Below are positions 37,798 through 50,317 of a stretch of 64,000 nucleotides of DNA, piece by piece (position 1 is the first letter of the stretch; each line of letters opens with the position of its first letter). This DNA comes from Octopus sinensis. Taxonomy: Eukaryota. Both the position numbers and the translations under genes were made by a program. Where the stretch lies: assembly GCF_006345805.1 (NCBI RefSeq), contig NC_043021.1, forward strand, positions 20,770,001 through 20,834,000, given 5' to 3'. The notes below the pieces were generated by a model. That model ran no database searches and was not told the DNA's origin. It saw nothing but the letters and a program-made list of their open reading frames with translations.

Positions 37798-37978
37798 GAA
37801 GGAAAATATGAGAGAGAAATTGAAGGAAACTGGAGGAATAGTGATTATACGTGCAGAGGGTAGTAGGAGCGAGGTTGAAAGAAGAAATCTTAACATATAT
37901 ATAAAAGATTCAGGGTGAATACTTGATAACTGTAAGCACCTGTATATGCCAGTTAGTGGTGTAGGTGATAGGGTATAT

Positions 37979-38170
37979 TTATCAAAAGTAAAACAGGATG
38001 CAAAGGATTTAGCGGTACATATGTTTCTGGCTTTATTGGACAGTTTATACGCGGCTGAAGAAGGCTATTGACATACATGTTACATCAATTATGCATTGAT
38101 ATAAACTGTCCAATAAAGCCAGAAACATATGTACCGCTAAATCCTTTGCATCCTGTTTTTCTTTTGATAA
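37979..38170. repeat. Foldback: 71-bp inverted arms (1 mismatch), 50-nt loop
   Basis: ttatcaaaagtaaaacagg...cagtttata versus tataaactg...cttttgataa. Confidence 0.92.
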
Positions 38171-38620
38171 TATATGTTCTTTAAATCAAGATCGTGTCTG
38201 AACATGCAAATCTATGGCCAAAGACAGTCCAGCCATGAACATCCCACCTTTTCAGCAGTATCCTCAGCCTTTACAAGTATCCTATCTGACACATTCTTCC
38301 TGTTTTAACCATTACCATGACAACCGATGGTATTTCTTCCTTAAGTATAACTCTGAAAGCTGAGTCAATGGAGAGGAGTTCCGACTCTATGAAATCTCCA
38401 AGCAGTGTGGCCGTTTAGTATTTAAAGCGGCCATTTCCGGTCATAATATTCTACCAGTTTTATCTTCAAATCAACCAGATCTGGCCTCTTATACCTACCC
38501 TACAATGTCATTCCAAAAGCAAGCAATCACATCACTGAAATCTCAAAGCTGTGAAATAATGCATGATAAATTCAAAGCAATAAGAATACGGATAAAATTT
38601 GACAGAGTAATCTCAATGCT

Positions 38621-39857
38621 AAAAAGTTAAACACACAAGGCTCCGATATCCAAGTGGTTAAAAAGGGCCAGGAGAAGGGTACCCAGCTGTAATGACTTGG
38701 ATGTGGCCTGGCTCCTTTACAGTGTAAGAAGTTAGGGGCTGAAACTCTCGCCTGCACTAAAAAGCTAGACACACAAGGCTCCGATATCCAAGTGATTAAA
38801 AAGGGCCAGGAGAAGGGTACCCAGCTGTAATGACTTGGATGTGGCCTGGCTCCTTTACAGTGTAAGAAGTTAGGGGCTGAAACACTCGCCTGCACTAAAA
38901 AGTTAGACACACAAGGCTCCGATATCCAAGTGGTTAAAAAGGGCCAGGAGAAGGGTACCCAGCTGTAATGACTTGGATGTGGCCTGGCTCCTTTACAGTG
39001 TAAGAAGTTAGGGGCTGAAACTCTCGCCTGCACTAAAAAGTTAGACACACAAGGCTCCGATATCCAAGTGATTAAAAAGGCCAGGAGAAGGGTACCCAGC
39101 TGTAATGACTTGGATGTGGCCTGGCTCCTTTACAGTGTAAGAAGTTAGGGGCTGAAACTCTCGCCTGCACTAAAAAGTTAGACACACAAGGCTCCGATAT
39201 CCAAGTGGTTAAAAAGGGCCAGGAGAAGGGTACCCAGCTGTAATGACTTGGATGTGGCCTGGCTCCTTTACAGTGTAAGAAGTTAGGGGCTGAAACTCTC
39301 GCCTGCACTAAAAAGCTAGACACACAAGGCTCCGATATCCAAGTGATTAAAAAGGGCCAGGAGAAGGTACCCAGCTGTAATGACTTGGATGTGGCCTGGC
39401 TCCTTTACAGTGTAAGAAGTTAGGGGCTGAAACACTCGCCTGCACTAAAAAGTTAGACACACAAGGCTCCGATATCCAAGTGGTTAAAAAGGGCCAGGAG
39501 AAGGGTACCCAGCTGTAATGACTTGGATGTGGCCTGGCTCCTTTACAGTGTAAGAAGTTAGGGGCTGAAACTCTCGCCTGCGCTAAAAAGTTAGACACAC
39601 AAGGCTCCGATATCCAAGTGATTAAAAAGGGCCAGGAGAAGGGTACCCAGCTGTAATGACTTGGATGTGGCCTGGCTCCTTTACAGTGTAAGAAGTTAGG
39701 GGCTGAAACACTCGCCTGCACTAAAAAGTTAGACACACAAGGCTCCGATATCCAAGTGGTTAAAAAGGGCCAGGAGAAGGGTACCCAGCTGTAATGACTT
39801 GGATGTGGCCTGGCTCCTTTAGAGTGTAAGAAGTTAAGGGCTGAAACACTCGCCAGC
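38621..39857. repeat. 138-bp tandem array, 9 copies, dimeric higher-order structure
   Basis: acacacaagg at 38631, 38769 and onward; units alternate gtggtt / gtgatt. Confidence 0.97.
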
Positions 39858-40139
39858 GTGGGGTTTCTTCTCTGAAGACCTCCTGCAGTTCAGTTCTCTT
39901 GAGAGTTTCTTATCACCAGAACCTGACTGACACTCCCCTGGCTACGACGATGAAGGGTCCCAGTTGATCCCATCAACAGAAAAGCTTGCTTGTGAAGTTA
40001 ACGTGTAAGTAGCCGAGCACTCCAGAGACATGTGAACCCTTAATGTAGTTCTCGGGGGAGATTCAGCATGACACAATGCGACAAGGCTGGAACCCTTTGA
40101 ATTACAGGTTCTGTAATTGAGTCAAGTACATAAACATCG

Positions 40140-40662
40140 AGATAGATATCAAATGGAAATAGTAGTTGTGATATCTGTGCAGGTGGCACGTAAAAAGCAC
40201 CATCCGAATGTTGCTGATGCCAGCGCTGCCTTGACTGGCTTCTGTGCTGGTGGCACATGACCTGCTGTGCTTGAGGAGACCGCAAGTACATCAACATCAA
40301 AATAAATATCAAATAGAAATAGTAGTTGTGATACCTGTGCTGGTGAAACATAAAAAGCACCATCCGAACGTGGCTGATGCCAGCGCTGCCTTGACTGGCT
40401 TCTGTGCCGGCAGCGCGTAAAAAGCACCAACCGACCGTGGCCGCTGCCAGACTCCCCTGGCACATGTGCCGGTGGCATGTAAAAAGCACCCTCTACACTC
40501 ATGGAGTGGTTGGTGTTAGGAATGGCATCCAGCTGTAGAAACACTGCCAGATCAAGATTGGAGCCTGGTGCAGCCTCCTGGCTTCCCAGACCCCGGTCGA
40601 ACCGTCCAACCCGTGCTAGCACAGAAAACAGATTTTAAACGATTGATGATGATGATGATGAT
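40140..40662 (+). mobile_element. 5'-truncated 3'-terminal module of an RTE-type element ending in (GAT)n
   Basis: VNTR-like units followed by the ggtgttaggaatggcatccagctgtagaaac...gatgatgat module that also ends the LINEs at 28345 and 45050. Confidence 0.6.
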
Positions 40663-40844
40663 GTTCGTTTTTGCCAACTGAGCAGACTGGAGCAATGTGA
40701 AATAAAGCATCTTGCTCAAGGACACCACACACCACCAGGAATTGAACTCACAACCTTACAATTATGAGTCGAATAGTTACAGGGGATGTCAACAAACTCA
40801 CATCGGTTGTCAAATGATGGTGGGGGGTAACAAACACACTTACA

Positions 40845-40863
40845 CACACACACACACACACAC

Positions 40864-40905
<42 letters not shown>

Positions 40906-41084
40906 TACACATATATATATATACATATTATATATATATATATATATACATATATATATACATATATATATATACATATATATATACATATACATACATA
41001 TATATACATATATATATACACATATATATATATATATTATATATATACATATATATATACACACACACATATATATATACACAC

Positions 41085-41178
<94 letters not shown>

Positions 41179-41274
41179 TATATATACACACACACACACA
41201 TATATACACAACACACACACACACATATATATACACACACACACACATAATATATACACACACCACACACACAC

Positions 41275-41305
<31 letters not shown>

Positions 41306-41338
41306 TATTATATATACACACACACACACACACACACA

Positions 41339-41379
<41 letters not shown>

Positions 41380-41430
41380 CAACACACACACACATATATA
41401 TATACAACACACACACACACACACACATAG

Positions 41431-41481
<51 letters not shown>

Positions 41482-41499
41482 CACACACAACACACACAT

Positions 41500-41541
<42 letters not shown>

Positions 41542-41566
41542 TATATATATATATATAAATATATAT
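40845..41566. repeat. Compound (AT)n/(AC)n microsatellite
   Basis: Direct inspection; source of the YI/HT/CV pseudo-ORFs. Confidence 0.98.
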
Positions 41567-41856
41567 AGGCTTCTTTCAGTTTCCGTCTATCAACTCCACT
41601 TACAAGGTTTAGGTTGGAACGAGTCTATAGCAGCAGATACTTGCCCAAGATGCCACAGAGTGGGACCGATCCCAGAACCATGTGGCTGGGAAGAGAGTTT
41701 CTTACCATGGAGCAACACATGTAGTACACACATTTTATTGTCACAGTCCAATAGAAAGAGGTTGTGAGAAACTAATTTGCATGTTATTGGCATGTTACAT
41801 CAACAGCTTGTGAGGCAAAAATCTAAACCGTGCAGTTGGGAGTTAAGATTGTAGAT

Positions 41857-42075
41857 CAGTGCTTTTCAACCTTTTTGCTGGAGCGGAACCCCAAGAAAAC
41901 ATTTCACTGGCTCGAGGAACCCCTGTGCAATAATTTAATTGTCTTATGCACACATATCTGCACAGGAGAATTAAAAATTACTGTCGATTTTAGCATTTTT
42001 GTAACTTCTTGCCGAACCCCTGGACTGTACTGGCAGAACCCTAAGGTTCCGCGGAACCCTGGTTGAAAACCACTG
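41857..42075. mobile_element. hAT (Charlie-like) MITE with 8-bp TSD
   Basis: 15-bp TIRs; flanks ttgtagat / ttgtagag (7/8 match). Confidence 0.8.
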
Positions 42076-42509
42076 TTGTAGAGTGTGAGCTAAAGGAGAT
42101 TTCACTGCTATTTCAGGCAGGCTGAGCAGCCACGTGGAGGCTCCAATGGTCATTTCTGCATGCTTGTTTGAGTGAAAAGTGAATGCATGTGTGGTGTGTG
42201 TGTATATATGTTAAGCTGCCAAAGTGTATATTTGTCTGCTTATGCATGTGTGTGTGTGTGTGTGTGTGTGTTTTAGTCTGTGCATGGAATGATACAATTT
42301 GGCATGGATGACTGGACATTCAACCTGTTCTGGCGGCAGTGCTCTTTGGCACTGGAGGAAAAAGACAGGTACGTGCACACACACACACAAAGGTACAGAC
42401 AGAGAGAGTGTGAGAGGGAAGGAGGGTGAAGGGGAGGAAAAAGGAGAGAGAGAGAGAGAGATACAATTTATTAATTGAAAGCTACTGGCAAATATTTTAC
42501 CTCTCCTCA

Positions 42510-42850
42510 TTCACATAAAGAGAAGGGAGGAGAGAGAGAGGAAGGGATGGAGAGGGGGAGAAGGGAGGAGCAAGGGATGGAGAGAGAGAGAGGCAATGGA
42601 GAGGGAGAGAGAGGGAAGGAGCAAAAGAGAAAGAGAGAATGGGAGAGAGAGGGAAGGAGAGAAAGAAGGAACAAGAGAAAGAGAACGGAAGAGAGAGAGA
42701 GAAGGAAGGAGCAAGAGAGAGAGAGAGAAAAGGAAAGAGCAAGAGAGAGAGAATGGGAGAGAAGGAAGGAGCAAGAGAGAGGGGAGAGAGAGAGGGAAGG
42801 AACAAGAGATGGAGGGAGGGAGAGAGAGAGAGAGAGAGAACGAGAGATTA
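42510..42850. repeat. Purine-rich (GA)-type low-complexity tract
   Basis: Direct inspection. Confidence 0.95.
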
Positions 42851-42949
42851 GGAAAGAGAGATATTACAATTTATTGATAAAACATTATTGACATAAGCAT
42901 TTTCCCTCCCCTCAAATACATAATGGGAAATATGCTCAGACACATAAAC

Positions 42950-42980
<31 letters not shown>

Positions 42981-43094
42981 AAAAATATCATGTCAAATAA
43001 GTCAGCACTGAATCAGTGATGCAAAATCAGTGGCGGTGCCAGATTAGCAGGGTCAAAAGGTCTCATACCCATCTGTTCATGTGATCCCAAGTGG

Positions 43095-43311
43095 TCATGA
43101 GTTCATGTTGAACTCTCGATTCAGCAGTTCTAGATCAAATTTATCACAGGCATCGTGTAAATCCATTCGGTTCATTATAGTTAGTGTCATGCGTAGGGTC
43201 CCCCAGATGTTCATGGACATCACCTGTCTGGAGGTGTTCATAGAGGCAGGCATCAAATCCTCTGACTTCCGTTGCATGTTCAGTGCCACCAAGAAGTGTT
43301 CAATGGCTGAT
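43095..43311 (-). CDS. PEX5: PEX5 last coding exon
   Basis: ttttgcag acceptor; (Q)SAIEHFLVALNMQRKS...MSMNIWGTLRMTL...REFNMNS*. Matches the PEX5 C-terminus (EAVEHFLEALNMQRKS...NIWSTLR). Phase agrees with the upstream exon. Confidence 0.95.
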
Positions 43312-43580
43312 CTGCAAAACAAAAAAAGGTGGAGTGTGGGGGTGAAGTCACTAAATTAAGGCATTTCTCCAAAAATCAAATTAACCCTTTAGCAACCAGA
43401 TTAATCTATCAAATGTATCTATCACATTATCCATAAGTGAAAAATCTAAATAGTGTAAAGCCATCTGTGGAACATAAGCGATGTATTTGGCAAGCGTGAA
43501 CAAAATCGGATGAAAAATATTGATTTTATGTGAGATCAACGTAATGGTCAGTCACATATATACACACACATCTTCTATCT

Positions 43581-43611
<31 letters not shown>

Positions 43612-44507
43612 ACACACACACATGTATATATGCATATATGTAAATGTATGCATGTATGTATAAATATATTCACACAAATATACATACATACATAAAGACC
43701 CCTTTTGGATGTGAATGTCCCTTCCAAGGCACAAGTCCAGTTGTTTTTTATGAAAGACTAGCAGTCACCCATGCATACCAATCTCCCCTCTAAATGGTAC
43801 TGATGCTATCCAAGGGAAAGGCAAAGGGGCCGATACAGCTTGGCATCAATGACATCATAACTCATTTCTACAGCTGAGTGAACTGGAGTAACGTGAAGTA
43901 AAGTATCTTGCTCAAGAACACAGCACACAGCCTGGTCTGGGAACTGAACTCACTACCTCATGATTCTGAGCCCAATGCTCTAACCACTGACCCATGTGCC
44001 TCCACCTCATATACATATATGTACACACACACATATTATATATATGTGTATATGTGTGTGTGTGTGTGTGTGTTAGTGAAGGCCAATGGCTCAGTGGTTA
44101 GAGTGTTGAACTTACGATTGTGAGGTTGTGAGTTCGATTCTTAGACTGGGCTGTGTGTTGTGCTCTTGAGCAAGACACTTTATTTCACGTTGCTCCAGTT
44201 CACTCAGTTGTAGAAATGAGTTATGATGTCATTGATGCCAAGCTGTATCGGCCCCTTTGCCTTTCCCTTGGATAACATTGGTGGCGTGGAGAGGCTGGCA
44301 TGCATGGGTAATTACTGGTATTCCATGAGAACAACCCTAGGTTGTGCGTGTTTGCCAGTGAGGCGACTTTCTGCCCAGACTTGTACCCTGGAGGGGAACC
44401 TCTTAGGTGTATTCATGGTCATTTGTGACCGACATAGTCGAGTTTAGATATCTATGTATACATACATGTACATATATACAGAGAAGTAAACAAGTAAAAA
44501 AATAAAA

Positions 44508-45047
44508 TCTTTATATATAAAAGAGAAGTTGTGTGTCTGTCTCCTACGATTTAGATTCCTAACTACTCCCACATTTTGCGGTGCAGTTTAACCAAAACCG
44601 GGTATCTTATAGTCGTGATTCATATCGTTTTTTTCCATTTTAATGCATTTTTTCGCTATTATATAAGGGAAGTAACTCTCTAAAAATGTCTACGATGAGT
44701 CAACAATTTAAAAAAAAATTTACCATCATTTTTTCCCATTTTAATGCATTTTTTTCGCTATTATATAAGGGAAGTAACTCTCTAAAAATGTCTACGATGA
44801 GTCAACGATTAAAAAAAAAATTTACCATCATTTTTTCCCATTTTAATGCATTTTTTTCGCTATTATATAAGGGAAGTAACTCTCTAAAAATGTCTACGAT
44901 GAGTCAATGATTTAAAAAAAAATTTACCATAATTTTTTCCCCATTTTTAATGCATTTTTTTTGCTATTTTTTTGCTATAACTCTCTAAAAAATGCTTATA
45001 TAGTTATTTCCCTTACAAACCCGAGCAACACCGGGCGATACTGCTAG
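44508..45047 (+). mobile_element. Non-autonomous Helitron with an internal ~100-bp tandem expansion
   Basis: TC start and hairpin + CTAG end. Internal repeat ctctctaaaaatgtctacgatgagtcaa... occurs three times. Confidence 0.8.
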
Positions 45048-45049
45048 TC

Positions 45050-48000
45050 ATCATCATCATCATCATCATCATTTAACGTCCGCTTTCCATGCTAGCATGG
45101 GTTGGACGGTTCAACTGGGGTCTGGGGAGCCCGAAAGCTGCACCAGTCCAGTCAGATCTGGCAGTGTTTCTACAGCTGGATGCCCTTCCTAACGCCAACC
45201 ACTCCGAGAGTGTAGTGGGTGATTTTATGTGCCACCGATACAGGTGCCAGACGAGGCTGGCAAACGGCCACGCTCGGATGGTGTTTTTTATGTGCCACCG
45301 ACACAGGTGCCAGACGAGGCTGGCAGACGGCCACGCTCGGATGGTGTTTTTTATGTGCCACCGACACAGGTGCCAGACGAGGCTGGCAGACGGCCACGCT
45401 CGGATGGTGTTTTTATGTGCCACCGACACAGGTGCCAGACGGCCACGCTCGGATGGTGTTTTTATGTGCCACCGACACAGGTGCCAGATGAGGCTGGCAA
45501 ACGGCCATGATCGGATGGTGCTTGTTACGTGCCCACAGCACGGAGGCCAGTCGATTCGGTACTGGCTACGGCCACGTTCGGATGGTTTTCTTATGTGCCA
45601 CGTGCCACCGGCACTGGTACCACAAAGATACAAATTCCATTGATGTTCATCTATTTTGATTTGTTTTGATTTTCACTTGTCTCAATAGGTCTTCACAAGT
45701 GTCACAAGAAGGAAGGTATGCACAGGTGGACTGACTACGTCCCAGGTAGGGGCCATGGGTTATGGCCTGACTAGTCTTGCCGGGTCTTCGGATGGTGTTT
45801 TTATGTGCCACCGACACAGGTGCTAGATGAGGCTGGCGAACGGCCACGATCGGATGGTGTTTGTCATGTGCCCACCGCACTGACTACGGCACTGATGGAT
45901 TTCTTGTGTGCCACAAGATACAAATTCCATTGATGTTCATCTATTTTGTCTATTTTGATTTGATTTGATTTTCACTTGCCTCAACCGGTCTTCACAAGTG
46001 TCACAAGAAGGAAGGTATGCACAGGTGGACTGACTAGTCTTGCCGGGTCTTCGGAAGGTGTTTTTATGTGCCACCGACACAGGTGCCAGATGAGGCTGGC
46101 GAACGGCCATGATCGGATGGTGTTTGTTACGTGCCCACAGCACGGAGGCCGGTCGATGCGGAACTGGCTACGGCCACGTTCGGATGGTTCTCTTGTGTGC
46201 CACCAGCACTGGTACTACAAAGTGTGTGCCACCGGCACTGGTACCACAAGAAGGAAGGTATGCACAGGTGGACTGACTAGTCTTGCCGGGTCTTCGGAAG
46301 GTGTTTTTATGTGCCACCGACACAGGTGCCAGATGAGGCTGGCGAACGGCCATGATCGGATGGTGTTTGTTACGTGCCCACAGCACGGAGGCCAGTCGAT
46401 GCGGTACTGGCTACGGCCACTTTCGGATGGTTTTCTCTTGTATGCCACGGCACTGGTACCACAAAGATACAATTCCATTGATGTTCATCTATTTTGATTT
46501 GTTTTGATTTTGATTTGATTTTGATTTTCACTTGCCTCAACAGGCCTTCACAAGTATCACAAGGAGGAAGGTATGCACAGGTGGACTGACTACGTCCCAG
46601 GTAGGGGCCATGGTTTATGGCCTGACTAGTCTTGCCGGGTCTTCGGAAGGTGTTTTTATGTGCCACCGACACAGGTGCTAGATGAGGCTGGCGAACGGCC
46701 ACGACCGGATGGTGTTTGTTATGTGCCCACAGCACGATGGCCGTGATGCGGTACTGACTACGGCCATGTTCGGATGGATTCTTGTGTGCCACCGGCACTG
46801 GTACCACAAGCGGTACTGACTACGGCCACGTTCGGATGGATTCTTGTGTGCCACCGGCACTGGTACCACAAGGATACAAATTCCATTGATGTTCATCTAT
46901 TTTGATTTGTTTTGATTTGATTTTGATTTTCACTTGCCTCAGCAGGTCTTCACAAGTGTCACAAGAAGGAAGGTATGTACAGGTGGACTGACTACGTCCC
47001 AGGTAGGGCCCATGGGTTATGACCTGACTAGTCTTGCCGGGTCTTCGGATGGTGTTTTTATGTGCCACCATGTTCCCACAGCACGGAGGCCAGTCGATGC
47101 GGTACTGGCTACGGCCACGTTCGGATGGTTTTCTTGTGTGCCACAGGCACTGGTACCACAAAGATACAAATTCCATTGATGTTCATCTATTTTGATTGAT
47201 TTATTTTGATTGATTTTCACTTGCCTCAGCAGGTCTTCACAAGTGTCACAAGAAGGAAGGTATGCACAGGTGGATCGACTACGTCCCAGGTAGGGGCCAC
47301 GGGATATGGCCTGACTAGTCCTGCCGGGTCCTCTCATGCACAGCACACTTCCATAGGACTCGGTCTTCAGTCATTTCCTTGGTGAGACCTAAAGTTCGAA
47401 GGTCGTGCTTCACCACCTCGTCCCAGGTTTTCCTGGGTCTACCTCTTCCACAGGTTCCCTCAACTGCTAGGGTGTAGCACTTTTGCACACAACTATCTTC
47501 AGCCATTCTCGTCACATGACCATACCAGCGCAGCCGTCTCTCTTGCACACCACAACTGACACTTCTTAGGTTCAACTTTTCTCTCAAAGTACTTACACCT
47601 CTGACGATTATGAACACTGACATTACACATCCATCGGAGCATACTGGCTTCATTTCTTGCAAGCTTACGCATATCCTCAGCTGTAACGGCCCATGTTTCA
47701 CTACCATGTAGCATGGCTGTACGTACACACGCATCATATAGTCTGCCTTTTACTCTTAGCGAGAGGCCTTTTGTCACCAGCAGGGGTAAGAGCTCTCTAA
47801 ACTTTGCCCAGGCTATTCTTACTCTAGCAGTTACACTTTCAGCACACCCACCCCCGCTACTGACTTGGTCTCCTAGGTAGCGGAAGCTATCAACTACTTC
47901 TAGTTTGTCTCCCTGGAACGTGGTAGAAGTTGGTCTCTCTGCACATTTCCAGTGTTTATTTCTCCTGAGCATCTGCCACAGACAAAAACTATTTTCTTAG

Positions 48001-50052
48001 TTAGCCTTCCTTTGACATTGCTGCACCTCTTATGTGTCCATAGCTTACACTTGGTGCACCTTATAGAGTTTCTACCTACACCTTTTTTACAGATCGAGCA
48101 GGGCCATCTACCTGAAGTCGTTTGTGGTTGGTCCACCTTCCTACTTATTAGGACTTTGGTTTTGGCTAGGTTGATTCTAAGGCCCTTCGATTCTAATCCT
48201 TGTTTCCACACCTGAAACTTCTCCTCCAGTTCTGATAGTGACTCAGCAATTAGAGCAAGGTCATCAGCATATAGGAGCTCCCAGGGGCATCCTGTCTTAA
48301 TTCTTCCGTTATTGCCTGGAGGACTATGATAAATAGGAGGGGGCTGAGGACTGAACCTTGGTGGACCCCAACCTCTACCTGGAATTCTTCACTGTACTCG
48401 TTGCCAACCCTCACCTTACTAGCTGCGTCTCTGTACATGGCTCGCACAGCTCTAACTAACCATTCATCTATCCCTAGTTTCCTCATTGACCACCAGATAA
48501 GGGATTGGGGGACCCTGTCAAAGGCTTTCTCTAAGTCAACAAAAGCCAGGTACAAGGGCTTACCTTTGGCTAGGTATTTCTCCTGCAGCTGTCTTACCAG
48601 GAATATAGCATCAGTAGTACTTTTCCCTGGCACGAACCCAAACTGCATATCATCTAAGCTAACTCTCTCTCTAATTAACTGGGCTATAACCCTCTCCGTA
48701 ACCTTCATTACTTGATCCAACAGCTTGATGCCCCTGTAGTTATTTGTATCTAGGGCATCGCCTTTACCTTTGTAGCAGTTGACTATTATGCTGCTACACC
48801 ACGTCATTGGGTATGACTCCTTCGTGTATCACCTGGTTAACTATACGGGTGACTATGCTATAGCCGACACTACCAGATATTTTGAGCATCTCTGCAGTAA
48901 TTCCTGATGGGCCTGGGGCTTTCCCTGTCTTCATGCTTCTAATTGCCTTAGCTACCACGGAACTATCAACTCGGATAGCTGGTCCCTCTGTTGGGTCAAC
49001 ATTCGGCAGACTCTCTATATCCCATTCATTTTCCTCATTCAGCAACCTTTCATAGTGGCGTCTCCAAGCTTCTCTCTTTGCATCCTCATTTAGCGCAAGT
49101 GAACCATCCTCCATGCGAACACATTTCTCTCCTACCACATCTCGATTCTCTCTCACACACTGTCTTGCAACACGAAATACCTCAAGTCTTTCATCCTCAC
49201 GGCGCAGGACATTGGCAAATTTCTTCTTATCTGCTTCCCCTCTGGCTAGATAGACCTGTCTCCTAGCTTCCCTTCTGGCAGTCTGATACACTTCCCTGCT
49301 ACCACCGTTCTTCCAGGCCTTCCAAGCCTGTTTCTTTTGTCTAATAGCCCTATCAACAATATTGTTCCACCACCATGTTATTTTGGGTCTTAAGGGGACT
49401 TTGCACCAGCCACAGATCTGGTCAGCGGCTTTCAGCAGGTTGTCCCTCAGAAACGTCCAGTTGTCTTCTACCCCATGTGTAGCTATACCCCCTTCCACTT
49501 CGTCAAAGGCTTCAAGTAACATATCTCTAAATCTCTGTCCATTCGCAGGGTCTTTAAGCTTCCAGACCCTTCTCCTCCATGTTGGTCGTCTTCTAGTCGC
49601 CTCTTAGTCCTGATCCTAAAGTCACTAACTACCAGTCTATGTTGTGGGGTGCATTCTTCGCCTGGGAAGGTTTTGGCATTTATAAGCAGCCATCTTTCCC
49701 TTTTTCTGGCGAGGATGTAGTCGATTTGGCTAGTATGCCGGCCCGATCGGTAGGTGACCAGGTGGCTTGTTGGTTTCCTGAAGTTAGTGTTGCAGATCAT
49801 AAGACTATTCGCATCGCAGAACTCCAGCAGCCTGGTTCCCTCCTCGTTGCGGGAACCATAACCGTAGCCTCCATGCACGCCATGGAAGCCCCCAGCATGT
49901 TGTCCAACATGCCCATTGAAATCACCAGCCACAAAGAGAAGGTCCCTGTCGTTCGTCAATGAGGTGGTCTGCAGTAGGGTGTCATAGAAACTGTCTTTCT
50001 GTCCATCGGGTAGCCCTGGCTGAGGGGCATAGGCCAATATAATGGTTGCTAA
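45050..50052 (-). mobile_element. RTE-clade LINE, 5'-truncated, frameshifted, in the last PEX5 intron, with 8-bp TSD
   Basis: ORF pieces from 47315 to 50037 are highly similar to the 29.4-32.5 kb ORF2. The 3' UTR has a VNTR and a (GAT)n tail. TSD tgctagtc at 45042-45049 and 50057-50064. Confidence 0.92.
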
Positions 50053-50317
50053 TATTTGCTAGTCTATATATAAAAGAAAAAAGACTGTTTCATCATGTGT
50101 CTTATTTTCTGAAATACCAACAAAAATAAAAAAGAAAAAAGTGAAAAGACTGAAAGAGATACAAGACAAGGTAAATAGAATGAGAAGCAGGGGGGTCAGC
50201 GGGCACTTTCTGTCTTCTCCCATCCTTATCATCTTGTATCGTTATCATTCGCCTCATCAATGTCTTGTCCAGGCCACAAACCTACTCATCTTTGTACTGC
50301 CTCTGTCTAAGTAGAGA

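Larger units (their letters stand above)
28345..37894 (-). mobile_element. RTE-clade LINE, probably full length (5' leader with monomer array, ORF2, VNTR 3' UTR, (GAT)n tail)
   Basis: EN-RT ORF at 29365-32486. The 3' side ends in (cat)n at 28345 beside (AT)n. The 5' side beyond the array ends at cttaac|atatatat, also (AT)n. The 5' limit is inferred. Confidence 0.6.

Noticed and set aside
38685-38730. HDV-like ribozyme in the 138-bp unit (P1-like ggccagg/cctggct)
   Set aside because: No P3/L3, no GG for P1.1 and no J4/2 catalytic C.
40712-41767. Long YI/HT/CV-repeat ORFs (also 42475-42891, 51703-51897, 53207-53625, 58040-58668)
   Set aside because: Translations of microsatellites.
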